Below, in pieces: positions 18,479 through 27,344 of a stretch of DNA of 38,284 nucleotides. Source of the DNA: Hormoscilla sp. (GTDB lineage Bacteria; Cyanobacteriota; Cyanobacteriia; Cyanobacteriales; Desertifilaceae); NCBI GenBank assembly GCA_051439505.1, contig JBFRWI010000220.1:1-38284 (forward strand), read 5' to 3'. How positions within the stretch are numbered: the first letter of the stretch is position 1; each line of letters starts with the position of its first letter. The notes below the pieces were generated by a model, which searched no databases, had not been told where the DNA came from, and was given only the letters and a program-made list of their open reading frames with translations. The translations under genes were made by a program, and so were the position numbers.

Positions 18479-19264
18479 ATGAAGATATTGATAATTTTGG
18501 TTCTTGCATCTCTTGTTTCGGCCTTGACTTCATGTGAAAGTATCCCAGAAGAATCTAAGGTTGAGATTAAAAAAAGAACTGACAAAGTTATTAAACATAC
18601 AAAAGATTATGTACAAGGGACCCTTGAGGCCAAATCAAACTTGGAATCAAATAATCAGCTTGAATATCAAAAGTCAATAGATGGTTCAATAGACAATATA
18701 GTTGCACTGAAAGAGCTGGGGGACCAGTCTAATCAGGAGATTGTTGATTTTTTAAGGGATAAAATTCGTGCTCGAATCAACGAAAATATATCACCTGAAG
18801 AAAAAGAAAAGCTAGAGGCGAAATTGTCTAAAAAAACGGGTTACATTAAAGAGTTTAAGGGTTACATCAAAGAGTTTAAGGATAATCAAACTCCTTCAGC
18901 TCTCACTGTTCTTATCGATCAGGTAAAAGCAATGAGCGATCGGGGACTGATTAATGGCAGTTACAGATTCGGAGCTATAGTATTTAGCTCATCTGGAAAA
19001 ATTTCACTTGCATTGCCTTTATCAACAGATTTAGGTAGTTTGTCCTTAAGCACACCTTTACTTTCCTCAAGTGAATTCAGGAAAATTGAGGTTAGGAACG
19101 CTCAAGAAAAATATTTAGAGCTTGAGGTGAGCAATTCCGATTCCTTCAAGTATTACTTATCTGAGAATAAGATTGAAGTAGATGGAGAACCTTATCCTTT
19201 GCCTGAAGATGCAGCATTCAAAGGAATAGAAATGCAGGATTCAAAAATGATATTATTCTTTTAG
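18479..19264 (+). CDS. Hypothetical lipoprotein
   Basis: RBS AAGGAGGA; signal peptide MKILIILVLASLVSALTSC with lipobox LTS-C19; internal 21-bp duplication (GYIKEFK x2, ~18839-18880). AT-rich. Confidence 0.75.
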   Translation: MKILIILVLASLVSALTSCESIPEESKVEIKKRTDKVIKHTKDYVQGTLEAKSNLESNNQLEYQKSIDGSIDNIVALKELGDQSNQEIVDFLRDKIRARINENISPEEKEKLEAKLSKKTGYIKEFKGYIKEFKDNQTPSALTVLIDQVKAMSDRGLINGSYRFGAIVFSSSGKISLALPLSTDLGSLSLSTPLLSSSEFRKIEVRNAQEKYLELEVSNSDSFKYYLSENKIEVDGEPYPLPEDAAFKGIEMQDSKMILFF

Positions 19265-19398
19265 CGATATTGTTTCAATAATGAGGGACAGTAGCGTTGG
19301 AACAATTATAGTAAGCCGTCACCCTCAGGAGTTGTGCAATATATAATCGTTTTGTGCTGTAAATTTTACCATGCAAGGGTTTTAACTGTAGTTGACAG

Positions 19399-19500
19399 GA
19401 TGGGATGGCCAAACTGAAGCAGTTAGTGGAGATGAAAAAGGAGGGATACTTGACAGATGCAGAATTTGACGCTGCCAAGAAACGCCTCTTAGGTCTTTGA
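19399..19500 (+). repeat. Direct-repeat copy of the last 102 bp of the tubulin-like gene; contains an intact 31-aa SHOCT-only ORF (19405-19500)
   Basis: 6 mismatches in 102 bp versus 17721-17822. It encodes MAKLKQLVEMKKEGYLTDAEFDAAKKRLLGL-stop. Confidence 0.95.
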
Positions 19501-19618
19501 TCGCCCTCGCCCTCTCGAACAAATTGGGCGGTATACAAAGCCCAAAATGAGGGGGGAATAGAGCTGGATGGGTTTCCAAATTTTGAATTTTGAATTTTGA
19601 ATTTTGAATTGCTTAGCT

Positions 19619-21262
19619 ATGGCATCATTTTCTCGAAAGATATGCGAAATTATTGATACCTTCTTAAAGAAGGGCGGGTCCCAGAACGGTTATGAAAAAA
19701 TTATCCTTTCCTCATGGGACCCCCGTTTCCCCAGTTTTCAGCAGGGATTTAATCGCCGTTGGTTTGCACCTAGTTTACAGGTGGTATATTTGTGCTTTAC
19801 GGCAGGGGGCGTCCGGAATGCCCTGGACGATGGGATTAAGGAGTACGGGGGCCACGTGAAAATTAAAAGCGGCGGACATTGCTACGAGGATTTTGTGTAC
19901 AACGATGAGACCCGGGCGATAATCGATGTAACGCCGATGAAAGGGGTGGGTTTCGATGAAGATCGTGGATATTTCCTGGAAGCGGGGGGAACCAACTGGA
20001 GCGCGTTTGAAGCTTTATTTCTAGATTACGGAAAGGTATTGCCAGCAGGTTCCTGCTATTCGGTGGGGTTGGGCGGACATATCTGCGGCGGGGGATACGG
20101 CCTGCTCTCCCGCCTGTACGGGTTGACTGTGGACTGGTTAACGGGTGTAGAAATTGTAGTGAAAGACGATGGGAAACAACCAGCGCGAACTCTCTATGTT
20201 TCCCAAGATAGCAGCGGAGATGAATATGACTTGTATTGGGCCCAATGCGGCGGCGGGGGCGGAAATTTTGGTATTATCACTAAGTACTATTTTAAGTCAC
20301 TGCCGCCAGCCCCCAAAAGTGCGATAATTTCTACCATTGCCTTTAGCTGGGAGGACTTAACTCTGGAGAGGCTGAGGGGCCTTTTAGAGTGGTATGCTCG
20401 GCTATCAGCCCGCACCGACAACGGTGAATTATTTGGCTTGTTTAAGCTGCAACACAAGGCAAGCGGTGAGATAAAGCTCCTGTTGCAAAGGGCCTTATTT
20501 GAGGACTCGGACCCAGTGGCCGCCGCCCTGGAAGGGATACAGTCTATGCATGGCGAACTTGGTGAGATATGCCCATACCGGCCCAAGCATACCTGTCCGG
20601 GAACTAAATACACATTTTATGAAGCGGTGCAAACTCTTAACGGTTCGGGACCCAACCGGCGGGGCAAGTATAAATCCGCCTATATGCGCAAAGGCTTTCC
20701 CCCGGACCAAGTAGAGGCGATATATGAAAATTTGCAGTGGATACCGGGTCCCGACTGTCTGGAGGGTCAGGAGGGTCCGGACTGTGTGGCAGAGGATATG
20801 AGGCAAAGTCTGGTACAGGTTAATACCTATGGCGGCGCTATTAACACCAAGAGTGCGACGGCAACGCCTATTCCTCAACGAGATTCTATTATGAAGCTTC
20901 AGTACCAAACTTACTGGCAGGACCCCAAAAAGGATGCTTACCACCTGCGATGGATCCGGAAAATGTATGGGGATGTCTACGCGCAAATGGGCGGTACCCC
21001 TGACCCGGCGCGGTACCCCGATAACAATGTCAATGGTTGTTATTACAATTACCCGGATACTGACCTGGGCGACAGGGCCGAGGGGCTGGATGCGGCCCTA
21101 TGGCTGTATTTCCTGGACAACTACCAGACGAACGATCGCAATTTGGTAAGGGTTAAAGGTCGCTGGGATCCAAATAATTATTTTAACAGCGCCCAGTCTA
21201 TTCCGGTTAAGCCATCAGGCCGGAAAACTAAGGGCGATCGGGCTTATGTTCGTAATTTATAA
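19619..21262 (+). CDS. Bicovalent FAD-linked oxidase, BBE-like/VAO-PCMH family; resembles hexose oxidase
   Basis: KSGGHCYEDF (His), PAGSCYSVGLGGH (Cys), GGGGGNFGIITKYYF, RGKYKSAY, CYYNYPD and KGRWDPNNYFNSAQSI. The start is placed at ATG 19619, after the repeat. Confidence 0.9.
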   Translation: MASFSRKICEIIDTFLKKGGSQNGYEKIILSSWDPRFPSFQQGFNRRWFAPSLQVVYLCFTAGGVRNALDDGIKEYGGHVKIKSGGHCYEDFVYNDETRAIIDVTPMKGVGFDEDRGYFLEAGGTNWSAFEALFLDYGKVLPAGSCYSVGLGGHICGGGYGLLSRLYGLTVDWLTGVEIVVKDDGKQPARTLYVSQDSSGDEYDLYWAQCGGGGGNFGIITKYYFKSLPPAPKSAIISTIAFSWEDLTLERLRGLLEWYARLSARTDNGELFGLFKLQHKASGEIKLLLQRALFEDSDPVAAALEGIQSMHGELGEICPYRPKHTCPGTKYTFYEAVQTLNGSGPNRRGKYKSAYMRKGFPPDQVEAIYENLQWIPGPDCLEGQEGPDCVAEDMRQSLVQVNTYGGAINTKSATATPIPQRDSIMKLQYQTYWQDPKKDAYHLRWIRKMYGDVYAQMGGTPDPARYPDNNVNGCYYNYPDTDLGDRAEGLDAALWLYFLDNYQTNDRNLVRVKGRWDPNNYFNSAQSIPVKPSGRKTKGDRAYVRNL

Positions 21263-21323
21263 GAATGGTGAAATAGTTATTAGATCGTTAAGTTAGTTAT
21301 GGATTTACAAATATGAGATGCAT

Positions 21324-21495
21324 CCGAAACACCCACCCTAAAGGGTAGGGCTACAAGAACAAAGTGCTCTCTGCTCTCCTCTCCGCATGCGCTAGGGCGC
21401 GCATGCTCCGGGATGCGCTTCCGCACTCGCTTTAGCGCTCGTGCTTCGGGATGCGCTGCCTGCGCGGGCTGAAGAAAATTACCATTCTTATGTCT
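21324..21495. repeat. Second copy of the tubulin-gene 3' flank, interrupted by a 93-bp GC-rich palindromic insert (21365-21457)
   Basis: 21332-21364 equals 17887-17919 and 21458-21495 equals 17923-17960. The insert has the hairpin GCATGCGC-TAGGGC-GCGCATGC and two copies of CGGGATGCGCT. Confidence 0.85.
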
Positions 21496-21527
21496 TCGAT
21501 CTCCCTCACTTTGATAAAATACGCTAT

Positions 21528-21580
21528 TAGTCGGTTTTAACCCACTTTAGCTATTAGCCGGGGGTTTGAACCCCCGGCGG
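21528..21580. repeat. REP-like palindromic repeat; inverted copy at 32933-32985
   Basis: TAGTCGGTTTTAACCCACTTTAGCTATTAGCCGGGGGTTTGAACCCCCGGCGG, with a near-identical reverse complement at the end of the 29975-32959 gene. Confidence 0.85.
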
Positions 21581-21626
21581 GATAACAGCGAAGTCTAAGA
21601 GGTTCATTAATATCGGAGGTTAGATC

Positions 21627-23273
21627 GTGTCTGACTGGTGGAAGCTATTCCCGCCCTACCTGCTAGTTCTGACTGTACTGTTGGTAATCCTACCCACTAT
21701 AGCTGCTATCTGCCTGCGCATCTCCCTTTACAGTCATCTGATTTTCCTAGAGTCTCGGGTACTGAGACTGATAAATGACTCCAGTCGGGGGATGCAACCG
21801 CAAATTGTGGAAAACCTTGAGCAAAGATTTCGGCAAGCTAGTAGCAACCTCGAACAGGTGAATACATTTGCTCTGATTTCGGGGCTATACAGCAAAGAAA
21901 AATTTAAGTTTTTGGGTTTTTCTTGGCGCTGCGTGCAGTGGGATGAATTTTGCCGCTACTTGCCGAATTTGTTGGTCGCCTTGGGTCTGCTAGGTACCTT
22001 TTTGGGCATCACTCTCAACCTTTTTAATCTGAGTATGACTATTACTCAACTTCAGAGAAATAATGTCACGGACGTGGCGGTTTTATTCCAGAAATTACAG
22101 TCCCCTCTCCAAGGCATGGGCATTGCTTTTATTACCAGTTTGCTGGCCGTAGCTTGCAGTGCCTTGTTGACAGTGGTAAACTTGCGTTGGAATACGAATT
22201 TAGCCAAGTCTCAGTTGATTCTCTCTTTAGAAGATTATCTGGACAACGTGTTACAACCAACCATTGAGGGTCATGGCCGACTGGATAAAGCTGTTAACCG
22301 CATGGTAGAGCAGCAGCATGAGTTTTTGACCAGATTTCACGATAATGTTACGGCAGCAATGGAGAGATCCTTGGGCAAGGTGGCAGAACAAATTGCTGCT
22401 GGTAATAGAGAAGCTACTGAACTGGCTACTCGCGTATACGATCGCTTTAGCAGAGCTGCTGGGACGATCGCCAATGCTGCGGATGAGTTCAACCATGCGG
22501 TGGCGGCCATGCAGGCCACTACTGAAGAATTTGCCGGGGTGGCTCAAATCTTCGAGCAGAGTCAGTTTGCTCGGAAGTTATCAACGGCGACAATGGGTTT
22601 GGTCAAGACCCAAGCAAAGTTCGATCGCTCTACTGTCAGTTTAGCAGAAACAGTGAAATCCATGGAAAGGACGGGGAAGATCCTAGGGAGTGCGAGTCAG
22701 CAGTTAGTGAAATTGCTCGGAGAAATTAGCAGTGCCAATCAAACTACCGTGCAAGTATTAGAGTTGCATCAGCAAAATCAGCAGTCTCTGCATAATATTA
22801 TTCCCGAATTGCAGCAAACTGTGGAGCGTTTTCAGTCAGGAGTTACAATTCTTAACAAAATGCAGTCCCAAATTGTGAATAAAGCTGATAGTATGGAAGG
22901 GGTGAAGGTAGAGCTGTTAAACTTGGTGACGACCATGAATCGCTATACAGACCAGATAAATCTGGCAATTCAGTATTTGGGTCAGCGCCTGACTAATAAT
23001 GTCCCAGCAGGTACTAGCAACCAGCAACTGCAAGCTGTGACCGCCCAGGTAAATCAGGGGATTCATTATTTGGGCGATCGCATATTAGCCATGGGGAAGG
23101 AAACCAATAGCAGCAACCAGCAATTATTGAAACAGCTGGAGGCATGTGTCCGGCATCTGGTGGAGGCGAAACAGGAAATCTACTGGCTGCGGGAAACCCT
23201 AGAACAGCCGGTAAAATTTAAGGATGACGCGAATTTTATCAACAAGTTGAGATCCCAATTGGACCGAAAGTAA
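21627..23273 (+). CDS. ZorA/MotA/ExbB-like membrane protein with ~350-aa helical cytoplasmic tail
   Basis: TM1 at the N-terminus, then PNLLVALGLLGTFLGIT and GMGIAFITSLLAVACS (MotA/TolQ/ExbB channel motifs with the conserved Thr residues), then a long Ala/Gln-rich helical tail. RBS GGAGG and GTG start. Confidence 0.8.
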   Translation: MSDWWKLFPPYLLVLTVLLVILPTIAAICLRISLYSHLIFLESRVLRLINDSSRGMQPQIVENLEQRFRQASSNLEQVNTFALISGLYSKEKFKFLGFSWRCVQWDEFCRYLPNLLVALGLLGTFLGITLNLFNLSMTITQLQRNNVTDVAVLFQKLQSPLQGMGIAFITSLLAVACSALLTVVNLRWNTNLAKSQLILSLEDYLDNVLQPTIEGHGRLDKAVNRMVEQQHEFLTRFHDNVTAAMERSLGKVAEQIAAGNREATELATRVYDRFSRAAGTIANAADEFNHAVAAMQATTEEFAGVAQIFEQSQFARKLSTATMGLVKTQAKFDRSTVSLAETVKSMERTGKILGSASQQLVKLLGEISSANQTTVQVLELHQQNQQSLHNIIPELQQTVERFQSGVTILNKMQSQIVNKADSMEGVKVELLNLVTTMNRYTDQINLAIQYLGQRLTNNVPAGTSNQQLQAVTAQVNQGIHYLGDRILAMGKETNSSNQQLLKQLEACVRHLVEAKQEIYWLRETLEQPVKFKDDANFINKLRSQLDRK

Positions 23274-23291
23274 GCAATAATTTTAGGGTAT

Positions 23292-23513
23292 AATGGTACG
23301 GAATTAAGTAAAAAAACTCTAATTTGTCATTGCGAGGGGGGGCTCAGAGGGTTTAACTTGTGTTATATATGAGTTAACCCCCCCGAAGCAATCTCATACC
23401 TCGCGGGGAGATTGCTTCGGGGGGGATCCTCGGCGATCGCCACAAGGTCGGTTTGGACTTCCCCCCCCCACGCTGCGCGAAAAATCGCAATGACAGCTTA
23501 AGTCAGTACCATT
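23292..23513. mobile_element. Inverted-repeat-bounded element containing a GTCATTGCGA...GAAGCAATC...GATTGCTTC...TCGCAATGAC palindrome
   Basis: Outer IR AATGGTACGGAATTAAG / CTTAAGTCAGTACCATT (15/17). The inner palindrome at 23325-23495 is related to 33295-33457. Confidence 0.6.
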
Positions 23514-23593
23514 CATTGTAAAATAGAATGAACGAGCCCCTTGACAATTAATCGATCTTATGGCAGAGTAAGAGCAGGCGATGGGATGGAGCA

Positions 23594-25450
23594 ATGGCAG
23601 ACTGGGAATTTCTGATCCAAAAAGAGGGCCTGAGGGCATGGTTGCCCCTAAAACCCCCGATCGCGCAACTAAAGTCGGGTCGCTATCGAGTAGTGGCCCG
23701 ATCGCACCGCGTGCATACGGAAGTGGAAGTGCGTCTGACTTATCAGTCACAAGGGCAGCGGTTGCAAAAATGGATTCGCCATACAAACGAGAACGGTTCG
23801 ATGCCGGTGTTTCCCTTCATCCACCTGGAACCGGGTCTGTGGGAAATTAGCTGTTCTGGTAACCTGATGTCGGAACTGGTAGGAGATAGCTGGAAACATA
23901 CGGTGCAGTTGCAAGTTTTGCCTGTAAACTCAGAGTCGGAAGTTGACCAACCGCAAGTTGAACTGGAAGATGAACATCCGACAATAGATCTAGAGGATAG
24001 CAGTCAAATGGAAGGTTTGCCTGTAAACTCAGAGTCGGAACTGGACCAACCGACACCAGAGTTAGTGGAAGCTTCGGTACCAGTCCCGATCGGGCTATCA
24101 CTTGACCAACGAACTTACATAGCGTTTCCCGGTGAGTCGATCGCCCTTGGGGGACAAGTATATCTGGTAGAGGAAAACGATCGCACATCTGAGTCGCAAA
24201 TAGAACCAAGAGTCAATAATTACGAATTACTGATTCTTCTGCGCCACCCAGAGAACTCCCAGACCATCAAGGAAATTCGTCAATTATTGTCCTTTGAGAT
24301 CCTGCCGGGACCTTTTGAATATTCCTTTGACCTGCCCCGAGAGTGCCAAACTCGCGTAATTTTGGGAGAACTGCAACTGTTTGACGTGACTTCAGGTTCG
24401 TCAATGGTAACTCAAGAGTTTACGATCGCCCTGGTGGTGCATGAGTCCATCGAGACGATCGCCCAGCAGACTCACTCCGTGCTCACTATTTTTCCCGAAC
24501 AGTTGGCCCTAGGTAAAGTTAAATCAAAAGCCGACTCCCGCAAGTCCCCACCGCAAGTCAAACCTGCAGTTAATCTCTCTTTTAACTTGGCGAAGGATCC
24601 TCCACAGCAAGAACGTCGTCAGAGCAATTTTCAACCCGCACCCTACAGCCCCATACCCGATCGCCTTTACCAACCAGACCCGGAAAAGTCAACCCGCAAG
24701 TCTCCCCAACTTCCTCCGATCGGAAATAAGTCCAATATCCCCGATCGCCCACCGGTAGAGTCGGAACCCAAAGATGTCAACCAGGATCGGCAACCGATCA
24801 AACCTCTCAGTTTGCCCCCCATCAAAAAGGGCGATCGCGCAGTTTGGTCACCCTTGGATAGAGAATTTCTGGGATTAAAATTTCAAGATCGTTTTACCGA
24901 AAGGCTGAAAATATTGGCTGAAGATCCCGAACCCTTACAAATATTGGAACCCAACCCATTGACCGACTCAGGGGAAGACTCTCATGAGTCCGAGGATCTG
25001 GGGGAGGATGAAATGTTTGTCTATGAAGAAATGAGCGGCGATCGCGCGGAATTAGTTGCTCCTACTCAGGGGGCGATCGAGCTTTACGAGGGGCCACCAG
25101 TGCCGAAACCAGAGTTGCAGGTGCCAGAGGGTGAATTAGTAGCAGGAGAGTCCATCATCATATTGGTAAAACTGCCTAATTTATTATCACGTTTTTATGT
25201 TAAATTATGGGTATTAGATCCGCAAACCCGCACCCTCTTAGAACCGCCGCGCTGGTTGACTAAATTTCAGCCTCACCTCTATCAGGAGGGGATGGAAACT
25301 AATACCGAGTTTCCAGTACCTTTTGGCTGCATGGAAATTCAAATAGAGGCGATCGCAGTTGAAGTTGCCACCGAACGGGAAAGCCACAAAGTGACAGTTA
25401 ACCGCATGGTAGTACCGCCTAATTTACCGGAATTGAGAATGGAAAATTGA
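23594..25450 (+). CDS. Conserved cyanobacterial-type hypothetical protein with Pro/acidic low-complexity linkers
   Basis: 618-aa ORF starting WEFLIQKEG.R.WLPL, with an internal duplication LPVNSESE.DQP and ordered N- and C-terminal beta-rich regions. Function not recognised. Confidence 0.7.
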   Translation: MADWEFLIQKEGLRAWLPLKPPIAQLKSGRYRVVARSHRVHTEVEVRLTYQSQGQRLQKWIRHTNENGSMPVFPFIHLEPGLWEISCSGNLMSELVGDSWKHTVQLQVLPVNSESEVDQPQVELEDEHPTIDLEDSSQMEGLPVNSESELDQPTPELVEASVPVPIGLSLDQRTYIAFPGESIALGGQVYLVEENDRTSESQIEPRVNNYELLILLRHPENSQTIKEIRQLLSFEILPGPFEYSFDLPRECQTRVILGELQLFDVTSGSSMVTQEFTIALVVHESIETIAQQTHSVLTIFPEQLALGKVKSKADSRKSPPQVKPAVNLSFNLAKDPPQQERRQSNFQPAPYSPIPDRLYQPDPEKSTRKSPQLPPIGNKSNIPDRPPVESEPKDVNQDRQPIKPLSLPPIKKGDRAVWSPLDREFLGLKFQDRFTERLKILAEDPEPLQILEPNPLTDSGEDSHESEDLGEDEMFVYEEMSGDRAELVAPTQGAIELYEGPPVPKPELQVPEGELVAGESIIILVKLPNLLSRFYVKLWVLDPQTRTLLEPPRWLTKFQPHLYQEGMETNTEFPVPFGCMEIQIEAIAVEVATERESHKVTVNRMVVPPNLPELRMEN

Positions 25451-25473
25451 GCATGGAAAATTGAGAAAATATA

Positions 25474-25567
25474 TAAGCTGTCGCCCATTGCATAGGCCGA
25501 TCTTCTGAAAGTATCTCAATTGGTTTTCCAATTTTTAATTTTGAATGAGAGAATTTTGAATTGCTTA
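25474..25567. mobile_element. Short dispersed MITE-like element, degraded copy
   Basis: TAAGCTGTCGC...ATTGCATAGGCCGA...TTTTGAATTGCTTA. Confidence 0.6.
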
Positions 25568-25683
25568 GTGGTAGCCCAGCAGACTGGGAATAAATGCGTT
25601 ACCCTAAAGGAGGATGGGCAATCGCCGCACCGTCGGTAAAGGCCCTGGGTGGCGCTCGAAGGAAAGCCAAAAAAGCCAGACCA

Positions 25684-27123
25684 ATGGACTTTTATATTAC
25701 CTGTTTTACTTTCGGATTGTTTCTTGTCATTTTTCTGTGGGTTGGCGCCCTTGCGGCCCAAGTTTCTACGGATAGGGATGCAGACTACTTACTGGGCGAT
25801 CGCTCCTTTGGGAGAATCTTTGTGGCTCTGAGTGCTGGCGCAACGGGTAACAGTGGGTTTATCATGGTAGGAGCGGTAGGAATTGCCTACTCAATGGGAC
25901 TTTCCGCTTTTCTGATGGTGCTTGCTAGTTGCTTAGGGGAACTGACGTTTTGGATGCTTTTTCCGGGGAAGATTAACCGGATATCCTCCGAGCAAGACTC
26001 AAAAACTGTTCCGGAGTTACTCGGTTGTGCGGTCAAGCAACCTCAAGGGAAAAGAATCGTTACTGCAATAGCCGCCCTCATTTCCATTATTTTTGTGGGT
26101 ACCTATACTGCCGCCCAATTTTCCGCAGCCGCCAAAACTCTCAATGTATTTTGGGGCATTGAACCCCATTTGGGAGTAGCGATCGCGGCAGCATCTATAC
26201 TGGTCTACTGCGTGACAGGGGGTCTGAGAGCTTCCATCTGGACCGATATCGTCCAATCTTTTGTGGTCATGTTCGTTTGCTTTGGCATGCTTGCGGTGGC
26301 AATTAGAGCTGGAGGAGGGGTTTGGGAAATTATTTCTCAACTCGATCGGATCGATCCTCAACTGATGAATATTACTGCCCAATTTAGCGGGTGGAATTTG
26401 ATCGCCTACCTGGTAGGATTTTTCTTTTTTGGCATCGGATTTGATTTGAGTCAGCCTCAATTTATCGTCAGGTTGCTCGCTGGACGGAGTCCGACAGAAG
26501 TTGCCCAAGCCCGATGGATTTACTTAGCTTACGTCTATTCTACCTGGAGTGCAATGGTTGCCTTCGGTATCATTTGTCGGGTGTTAATCCCCGATATTTC
26601 CGATCCCGAACAAGCTTTGTCCTTGTATGCTATGCAAAACTTCAATCCCTGGTTGGTGGGAATAGTCCTCGCTGGCATCTTTTCCGTTATTGCCTCCACT
26701 GCTGATTCCCAACTCCTGGTTTGTTCCAGTGCCCTGGGGAGAGATATTTTCCCTTATTTGGAGAGCAAAATGTCAAAAATATATGGGATAAAATATCAGC
26801 AGTTTATTACCTTGTTTGTCGGGGTATTAGCCGCGATCGCGACTATAAATCTCTCGGGGACAGTTTTTTCCTTAAGTATATTTGCGGTGGGGGCCTTGGC
26901 GGGTTCCATCGGACCGGCAATGCTGATTGCGATCTTGAAAAGGCGCACCCATGCTCTGGCTTTTATCAGTACGATGTTGGTGGGATTAATGACTGCTTTA
27001 GCCTGGGAAGCTTGGGTAGATAATCAAATTATTAACGAGATTTTTCCCAGCTTTTTAATGGCTTTGTTCGTCCACGAACTGTTAATGAAGACTGTTTTCA
27101 AGAAACGAGTTGGAGAATTTTAG
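25684..27123 (+). CDS. Sodium:solute symporter family protein (PutP/OpuE-like)
   Basis: DYLLGDRS, ALSAGAT, GGLRASIWTDIVQ, SQPQFIVR and STADSQLL, with about 13 hydrophobic segments. ATG 25684 is preferred. Substrate not determinable. Confidence 0.88.
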   Translation: MDFYITCFTFGLFLVIFLWVGALAAQVSTDRDADYLLGDRSFGRIFVALSAGATGNSGFIMVGAVGIAYSMGLSAFLMVLASCLGELTFWMLFPGKINRISSEQDSKTVPELLGCAVKQPQGKRIVTAIAALISIIFVGTYTAAQFSAAAKTLNVFWGIEPHLGVAIAAASILVYCVTGGLRASIWTDIVQSFVVMFVCFGMLAVAIRAGGGVWEIISQLDRIDPQLMNITAQFSGWNLIAYLVGFFFFGIGFDLSQPQFIVRLLAGRSPTEVAQARWIYLAYVYSTWSAMVAFGIICRVLIPDISDPEQALSLYAMQNFNPWLVGIVLAGIFSVIASTADSQLLVCSSALGRDIFPYLESKMSKIYGIKYQQFITLFVGVLAAIATINLSGTVFSLSIFAVGALAGSIGPAMLIAILKRRTHALAFISTMLVGLMTALAWEAWVDNQIINEIFPSFLMALFVHELLMKTVFKKRVGEF

Positions 27124-27344
27124 ATATTGGGCGATCGGGCTTTTGCCAAGGAAACCAAAAACCAAAAACCTCGTTCCCTGGGGTCGTCAGGGAACGAAAT
27201 TGAGTTGACGATATTTATTCTCATGGATGCACTGAGCACGCAGCTTGAATAATGAAATTGCTTTTATGGCTGTGGTGGTGGATGCTGGCTTAACCTGCTA
27301 TAATCAAGTATATCTTATCCAAAAGGCGATCGCGAAGTGCAACT

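Noticed and set aside
19275..19579. 87-aa and 65-aa minus-strand ORFs
   Set aside because: Antisense to the duplicated SHOCT segment; the similarity to 17684-17878 is explained by the duplication.
21627..23273. Methyl-accepting chemotaxis protein, or flagellar motA/motB for this gene and 323-1150
   Set aside because: No MCP hairpin signature is visible, the TM motifs are MotA/ExbB/ZorA-type, and cyanobacteria have no flagella.
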